Shown: one piece after another, positions 56,400-64,000 of the stretch
How the letters are laid out: each line of letters begins with the position of its first letter
Position numbering within the stretch: position 1 is the stretch's first letter
Assembly (NCBI RefSeq): GCF_009914755.1
Contig: NC_060933.1
Reading direction: 5' to 3' (one strand)
DNA length: 64,000 bases
Source of the DNA: the human T2T-CHM13v2.0 reference genome, Homo sapiens
The notes under the pieces: model-generated
What the model was told of the DNA's origin: nothing
Database searches by the model: none
The model's input: only the letters and a program-made list of their open reading frames with translations
Translations under genes and position numbers: made by a program

Positions 56400-59300
56400 G
56401 CATTCCATTCCATTCCATTCCATTCCATTCCATTCCATTACAATGGAGTTGATCCCATTCCATTCAATTCCATTCCATTCCATTCCATTCCATTCCAGTC
56501 CTTTCTGTTCCATTCCACTCGGGTTGATTCCATTCTATTAGTTTCCATTCCATTCCATTCCCTTCCATTCCACTCTGGTTGATTCCATTCCTTTCCATTC
56601 CACTCGAATACATTCCCTCCTATTCCACTCTTAACGATTCCATTCCATTCCATTCCATTCCCTTCCATTCCATTCCATTCCATTCCATTTCGTTCCATTC
56701 CATTCTATTCCGTACCATTCCATTCCAATCCATTCCATTCCATTCCATTCCATTCCATTTCGTTCCATTCCATTCTATTCCGTACCATTCCATTCCATTC
56801 CATTCCATTCCATTCCATTCCACTCCACTCCATTCCATTCCATTCCATTCCATTCCATTCCACTCGTGTTGATTCCATTCCTTTCCATTCCATTCAGTTT
56901 GAAGGCATTCCATTCCATTCCATTCCATTCCATTCCATTCCATTCCATTCCATTGTACTCGGGTTGATTCCATTCCATTGCATTCCATTCCATTCCATTC
57001 CATTCCATTCCATTCCATTCCATTCCATTCCGGATGATTCCATTCCATTGCATTCCATTCCATTCCATTCCCCTGCACTCGGGTTGATTACATTCCATTC
57101 CCTTCCCTTCCATTCCTTTCCATTCCTTTCCATTCCATTCTATTCGGGTGAATTCCATTCCATTCCATTCCATTCCATTCCATTCCATTCCATTACAATC
57201 GAGTTGATTCCATTCCACTCCATTCCATTCCGTTCCGGATGATTCCATTCCATTGCATTCCATTCCATTCCATTCCCCTGCAGTCGGGTTGATTCCTTTC
57301 CATTCCATTCCATTCCATTCTATTCCATTCCGTTCCATTCCATTCCATTCCATTCTATTCGGGTTAATTCCATTGCATTCCATTCCATTCCATTCCAATC
57401 GAGTTAATTCCATTCCATTCCATTCCATTCCACTCCATTCCAGTCCTTTCCATTCCATTCCACTCGGGTTGATTCCATTCTATTCCTTTCCATTCCATTC
57501 CATTGCAATCGAGTTGATTCCATTGCATTGCATTCCATTCCATTCCATTCCATTCCGGATGATTCCATTCCATTGCATTCCATTCCATTCCATTCCCCTG
57601 CACTCGGGTTGTTTCCATTCCATTCCACTCCATTCCGTTCCATTCCATTCCATTCCATTGTATTCGGGTTAATTCCATTCCATTCCATTCCATTCCATTC
57701 CATTCCATTACAATCGAGTTGATTCCATTCCATTCCATTCCATTCCATTCCATTCCATTCCATTCCACTCGTGTTGATTCCATTCCTTTCCATTCCATTC
57801 GGTTTGAAGACATTCCATTCCATTCAATTCCATTCCATTCCTTTCCGTTCCATTCCATTTCATTCCATTGTACTCTTGTTGATTCCATTCCGTTGCATTC
57901 CATTCCATTCCATTCAATTCCATTCCGTTCCATTCCATTCCATTACATTCGGATTGATTCTATTCAACTCCCTTACTCTCAATTACATTCCATTCCATTC
58001 GGATTGATTCTATTCAACTCCCTTACTCTCCATTACATTCCATTCCATTCGGGTTGTTCCATTCCATTCCATTCCATTCCACTCCATTCCATTGCACTCG
58101 GGTTGATTCCATTCCATTCCATTCCATTCCATTCCATTCCATTCCATTCCATTCCGGATGATTCCATTCCATTGCATTCCGTTCCATTACGTTCCCCTGC
58201 ACTCGGGTTGATTCCATTCCATTCCATTCCATTCCATTCGATTCCATTCCATTCCAATTCTTTCCTTTCCATTCTATTCCGTACCATTCCATTCCATTCC
58301 ATACAATTCCATTCCATTCCATTCCATTCCTTTCCGTTCTTTCCGTTCCGTTCCGTTCCATTCCATTCCATTCCATTCTATTCGGGTTAATTCCATTTCA
58401 TTCCATTCCATTCCATTCTATTGCATTCCATTGCAATCGAGTTGAATCCATTGCATTCCATTCCATTCCATTCCATTCCATTCCGGAAGATTCCATTCCA
58501 TTGCAATCTATTCCATTCCATTCCCCTGCACTCGCATTGATTCCATTCCATTTCATTCCATTCCATTCCATTACATTCGGATAGATTCTATTCAATTCCC
58601 TTATTCTCCATTACATTCCATTCCATTCGGGATGTTTCCATTCCATTCCATTCCATTCCACTCCATTCCATTGCATCAGGTTGATTGCATTCCATTCCAT
58701 TCCATTCCGTTCCGGATGATTCCATTCCATTGCATTCCATTCCATTCCATTCCCCTGCAGTCGGGTTGATTCCATTCCATTGCATTCCATTCCATTCCAT
58801 TCCATTCCATTCCGTTCCATTCCATTCCATTCCATTCTATTCGGGTTAATTCCATTCTATTCCATTCCATTCCATTCCAATCGACTTGATTCCATTCCAT
58901 TCCATTCCATTCCATTCCATTCCATTCCATTACAATGGAGTTGATTCCATTCCATTCCATTCCATTCCATTCCATTCCATTCCAGTCCTTTCCATTCCAT
59001 TCCACTCGGGTTGATTCCATTCTACTAGTTTCCATTCCATTCCATTCCCTTCCATTCCACTCTGGTTGATTCCATTCCTTTCCATTCCACTCGAATACAT
59101 TCCCTCCTATTCCACTCGGAACGATTCCATTCCATTCCATTCCATTCCATTCCATTCCATTCCATTCCGTTCCATTCCGTTCCATTCCATTCCATTCCAT
59201 TCCATTTCGTTCCATTCCATTCTATTCCGTACCATTCCATTCCAATCCATTCCATTCCATTCCAATCCATTCCATTTCGTTCCATTCCGTTCTATTCCGT

Positions 59301-59490
59301 ACCATTCCATTCCATTCCATTCCATTCCATTCCACTCCATTCCATTCCATTCCATTCCATTCCATTCCACTCGTGTTGATTCCATTCCTTTCCATTCCAT
59401 TCAGTTTGAAAGCATTCCATTCCATTCCATTCCATTCCATTCTATTCCATTCTATTCCATTCCATTGTACTCGGGTTGATTCCATTCCAT
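56400..59490 (+). repeat. ~0.6-kb block present twice at ~2.5-kb spacing (56,400-56,990 and 58,890-59,490)
   Basis: Both copies have TACAATGGAGTTG, CAGTTTGAA and the same internal 70-bp duplication of TTTCGTTCC..CCGTACC. Confidence 0.8.
57941..58050 (+). repeat. 50-bp tandem duplication of the GGATTGATTCTATTCAACTCCCTTACTCTC module
   Basis: The module starts at both 57,951 and 58,001. Confidence 0.9.
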
Positions 59491-59729
59491 TGCATTCCAT
59501 TCCATTCGATTCCATTCGATTGCACTCGGGTTGATTCCATTCCATTGCATTCCATTCCATTCCATTCCATTCCATTCCATTCCGTTCCATTCCATTTCAT
59601 TACATTCAGATTGATTCTATTCAATTCCCTTACAGTCCATTATATTCCAATCCATTCTGGTTGTTTCCATTCCATTCCATTCCATTTCACTCCATTCCAT
59701 TGCACTCGGGTTGATTCCATTCCATTCCA

Positions 59730-62700
59730 TTCCATTCCTTTTCATTCCATTACGGATGATTCCATTCCATTGCATTCCATTCCATTCCATTCCCCTGTAC
59801 TGGGGTTGATTCCATTCCATTCCATTCCAATCCATGCCATTCCACTCGTGTTGATTCCATTCTTTCCATTGCATTCAAGTTGAATCCATTCCATTGCATT
59901 CCATTCCATTCGATTCCATTCGATTGCACTCGGGTTGATTCCATTCCATTGCATTCCATTCCATTCCATTCCATTCCATTCCATTCCATTCCGTTCCATT
60001 CCATTTCTTTACATTCAGATTGATTCTATTCAATTCCCTTACACAACATTATATTCCAATCCATTCTGGTTGTTTCCATTCCATTCCATTCCTTTTCACT
60101 CGTGTTGATTCCATTCCTTTCCATTCCATTCGGTTTGAAGCCATTCCATTCCATTCAATTCCACTCCATTCCATTCCATTCCATTCCATTCCATTCCATT
60201 CCATTCCATTGTACTCGGGTTGATTCCATTCCATTGCATTCCATTCCATTCCATTCCATTCCGTTCCATTCCATTCCATTACATTCGGATTGATTCTATT
60301 CAACTCCGTTACTCTCCATTACATTCCATTCCATTCGGGTTGTTCCATTCCATTCCATTCCATTCCAGTAGATTCCATTGCACTCGGGTTGATTCCATTC
60401 CATTCCATTCCATTCCATTCCATTCCATTCCATTCCATTCCGGATGATTCCATTCCATTGCATTCCGTTCCATTACATTACCCTGCACTCGCGTTGATTC
60501 CATTCCATTGCATTCCACTCCATACCATTCCATTGCATTCCATTCCATTCCATTCCATTCCATTCCATTCCGGATGATTCCATTCCATTGCATTCCATTC
60601 CATTCCATTCCCCTGTACTCGGGTTGATTCCATTCCATTCCATTCCAATCCATGCCATTCCACTCGTGTTGATTCCATTCTTTCCATTCCATTCAAGTTG
60701 AATCCATTCCATTACAATCCATTCCATTCGATTCCATTCGATTGCACTCGGGTTGATTCCATTCCATTGCATTCCAACCCATTCCATTACATTCCATTCC
60801 ATTCCATTCCGTTCCATTCCATTCCATTACATTCGGATTGATTCTTTTCAACTCCTTTACTCTCCATTACATTACATTCCATTCGGGTTGTTCCATTCCA
60901 TTCCATTCCATTCCACTCCATTCCAATGCACTCAGGTTGATTCCATTCCATTCCATTCCATTCCATTCCGGATGATTCCATTCCATTGCATTCAGTTCCA
61001 TTACATTCCCCTGCATTCGGGTTGATTCCATTCCATTCCAATCCATTCCATTCGATTCCATTCCATTCCCCTGCACTCGCGTTGATTCCATTCCATGCCA
61101 TTCCATTCCATTCCATTTCATTCCTTTCCATTCCATTGCATTCCATTCCATTCCATTCCATTCCGTTCCATTCCTTTCCATTCCATTCTATTCGGGTTAA
61201 TTCCATTCCATTCCATCCGATTGCAATCGAGTTGATTCCATTCCATTCCATTCCATTCCATTCCATTCCATTCCATTCCATTCCATTCCTATCCATTCCA
61301 TTACGGATGTTTCCATTCCATTGCATTCCATTCCATTCCATTCCATTCCGGATGATTCCATTCCATTGCATTCCGTTCCATTACATTCCCCTGCACTCGG
61401 GTTGATTCCATTCCATTCCATTCCATTCCATACCATTCCATTCGATTCCATTCCATTCCAATTCTTCCATTCCATTCTATTCCGTACCTTTCCATTCCAT
61501 TCCATACAATTCCATTCCATTCCATTCCATTCCGTTCCGTTCCGTTCCGTTCCGTTCCATTCCATTCCATTCCATTCCGTTCCGTTCCGTTCCGTTCCGT
61601 TCCATTCCATTCCATTCCATTCTATTCGGGTTAATTCCATTCCATTCCATTCCATTCTATTCTATTCCACTCCATTGCAATCGAGTTGAATCCATTGCAT
61701 TCCATTCCATTCCACTCCATTCCATTTCGGAAGATTGCATTCCATTGCATTCCATTCCATTCTATTCCCCTGCACTCGCGTTGAATCCATTCCATTCCAT
61801 TCCATTCCATTCCATTCCTTTCCGTTCCATTCCATTCCATTCCATTCCATTCCGTTCCATTCCGTTCCGTTCCATTCCATTCCATTCCATTCTATTCGGG
61901 TTAATTCCATTCCATTCCATTCGATTACAATTGAGTTGATGCCATTTCATTCCATTCGATTCCATTCCATTCCATTCCATTCCTTTCCATTCCATTACGG
62001 ATGATTCCATTCCATTGCATTCCATTCCATTCCATTCTCCTGTACTCGGGTTGATTCCATTCAATTCCATTCCAATCCATGCCACTCCACTCGTGTTGAT
62101 TCCATTCTTTCCATTCCATTCAAGTTGAATCCATTCCATTGCATTCCATTCCATTCGATTCCATTCGATTGCAGTCGGGTTGATTCCATTCCATTGCATT
62201 CCATTCCATTCCATTGAATTCCATTCCATTCCATTCCGTTCCATTCCATTCCATTCCATTCCTTTCCGTTCCATTCCATTCCATTCCATTCCATTCTTTC
62301 GGGTTAATTCCATTCCATTCCATTCGATTGCAATCGAGTTGATTCCATTCCATTCCATTCCATTCCTTTCCATTCCATTCCATTCCTTTCCATTCCATTA
62401 CGGATGATTCCATTCCATTTCATTCCATTCCATTCCATTCCCCTGTACTCGGGTTGATTCCATTCCATTCCATTCCAATCCATGCCATTCCACTCGTGTT
62501 GATTCCATTCTTTCCATTCCATTCAAGTTGAATCCCTTCCATTGCATTCCATTCCATTCGATTCCATTCGATTGCACTCGGGTTGATTCCATTCAATTGC
62601 ATTCCATTCCATTCCATTCCATTCCATTCCATTCCATTCCGTTCCATTCCATTTCATTACATTCAGATTTATTCTATTCAATTCCCTTACACTCCATTAT

Positions 62701-64000
62701 ATTCCAATCCATTCTGGTTGTTTCCATTCCATTCCATTCCATTTCACTCGTGTTGATTCCATTCCTTTCCATTCCATTCGGTTTGAAGCCATTCCATTCC
62801 ATTCAATTCCACTCCATTCCATTCCATTCCATTCCATTCCATTCCATTCCATTCCATTCCATTGTACTCGGGTTGATTCCATTCCATTGCATTCCATTCC
62901 ATTCCATTCCATTCCGTTCCATTCCATTCCATTCCATTACATTCGGATTGATTCTATTCAACTCCGTTACTCTCCATTACATTCCATTCCATTCTGGTTG
63001 TTCCATTCCATTCCATTCCATTCCACTCCATTCCATTGCACTCGGGTTGATTCCATTCCATTCCATTCCATTCCATTCCATTCCATTCCATTCCATTCCG
63101 GATGATTCCATTCCATTGCATTCCGTTCCATTACATTACCCTGAACTCGCGTTGATTCCATTCCATTGCATTCCACTCCATACCATTCCATTGCATTCCA
63201 TTCCATTCCATTCCATTCCATTCCATTCCATTCCATTCCATTCCATTCCATTCCATTCCGGATGATTCCATTCCATTGCATTCCATTCCATTCCATTCCC
63301 CTGTACTCGGGTTGATTCCATTCCATTCCATTCCAATCCATGCCATTCCACTCGTGTTGATTCCATTCTTTCCATTCCATTCAAGTTGAATCCATTCCAT
63401 TACATTCCATTCCATTCGATTCCATTCGATTGCACTCGGGTTGATTCCATTCCATTGCATTCCATCCCATTCCATTCCATTGCATTCCATTCCATTCCGT
63501 TCCATTCCATTCCATTACGTTCGGATTGATTCTTTTCAACTCCTTTACTCTCCATTACATTACATTCCTTTCGGGTTGTTCCATTCCATTCCATTCCATT
63601 CCAATCCATTCCATTGCACTCAGGTTGATTCCATTCCATTCCATTCCATTCCATTCCGGATGATTCCATTCCATTGCATTCAGTTCCTTTACATTCCCCT
63701 GCATTCGGGTTGATTCCATTCCATTCCATTCCATTCCATTCCATTCCATTCCTTTCCGTTCCATTCCATTCCATTCCATTCCATTCCGTTCCATTCCGTT
63801 CCGTTCCATTCCATTCCATTCCATTCTATTCGGGTTAATTCCATTCCATTCCATTCGATTACAATTGAGTTGATGCCATTTCATTCCATTCGATTCCATT
63901 CCATTCCATTCCATTCCATTCCATTCCTTTCCATTCCATTACGGATGATTCCATTCCATTGCATTCCATTCCATTCTATTCCCCTGTACTCGGGTTGATT
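59730..64000 (+). repeat. ~2.65-kb tandem dimer (second copy lacks ~750 bp and runs off the window)
   Basis: TTTGAAGCC at ~60,134/62,782, CAACTCCGTTAC at 60,301/62,959, CACTCAGGTTG at 60,929/63,617. The offset then drops to ~1934 (CGATTACAATTGAG at 61,922/63,856). Confidence 0.87.

Larger units (their letters stand above)
56140..64000 (+). repeat. HSat3 array, block 3, CATTC orientation
   Basis: Returns to (CATTC)n at 56,140 with the same module vocabulary. Runs to the right window edge. Confidence 0.97.

Noticed and set aside
72-63914. Hundreds of 60-393 aa ORFs (poly-MEWNG and poly-IPFHS)
   Set aside because: (GGAAT)n and its complement contain no stop codon in any frame. The ORFs overlap in all six frames and have no non-repeat domain. 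The same pentapeptide is known from SCA31 (TGGAA)n RAN translation, but nothing here supports translation.
1-64000. CRISPR-like repeat/spacer appearance
   Set aside because: The apparent spacers are recurrent degenerate pentamer words, not unique sequences. There is no fixed direct repeat, leader or cas gene.
1-64000. HSat2, alpha satellite or telomeric repeat identity
   Set aside because: Long pure CATTC runs with ACTCGGGTTG fit HSat3. HSat2-type CATTCGATTC is only sporadic. There are no 171-bp alphoid monomers, recognisable CENP-B boxes or TTAGGG arrays.
1-64000. Assignment to a specific chromosome or HSat3 subfamily (e.g. chr9q12 or DYZ1)
   Set aside because: This needs k-mer classification against reference subfamilies. 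No regular ~3.5-kb DYZ1 period is visible, and I cannot support a specific locus by eye.

Overview
The whole 64-kb window is one tandem satellite array of the (CATTC)n/(GGAAT)n type with the CAACCCGAGT/ACTCGGGTTG interruptions diagnostic of classical human/great-ape satellite 3 (HSat3, satellite III). I see no genes, transposons or unique sequence. All listed ORFs are translations of the stop-free pentamer (MEWNG / IPFHS). The information lies in the architecture. The array switches strand twice, at ~11,851-11,854 and at 56,139/56,140, giving CATTC (1-11.85 kb), GGAAT (11.85-56.14 kb, ~44.3 kb) and CATTC (56.14-64 kb). Junction 1 is a hairpin-like join with a likely 4-nt microhomology. Junction 2 is a perfect 12-bp palindrome with an adjacent 15-bp duplication. 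Diverged inverted homology surrounds both junctions. Nested higher-order repeats are superimposed: a ~5.9-kb duplication, a 254-bp dimer, a near-identical ~8.5-kb trimer with an internal ~2.4-kb sub-period, and ~2.8, ~2.3, ~2.5 and ~2.65-kb dimers. All alignments were done by eye using rare variant words, so repeat boundaries are approximate (about +/-50-100 bp), while the junction coordinates are near exact. Chromosome, species and HSat3 subfamily cannot be assigned without a search.
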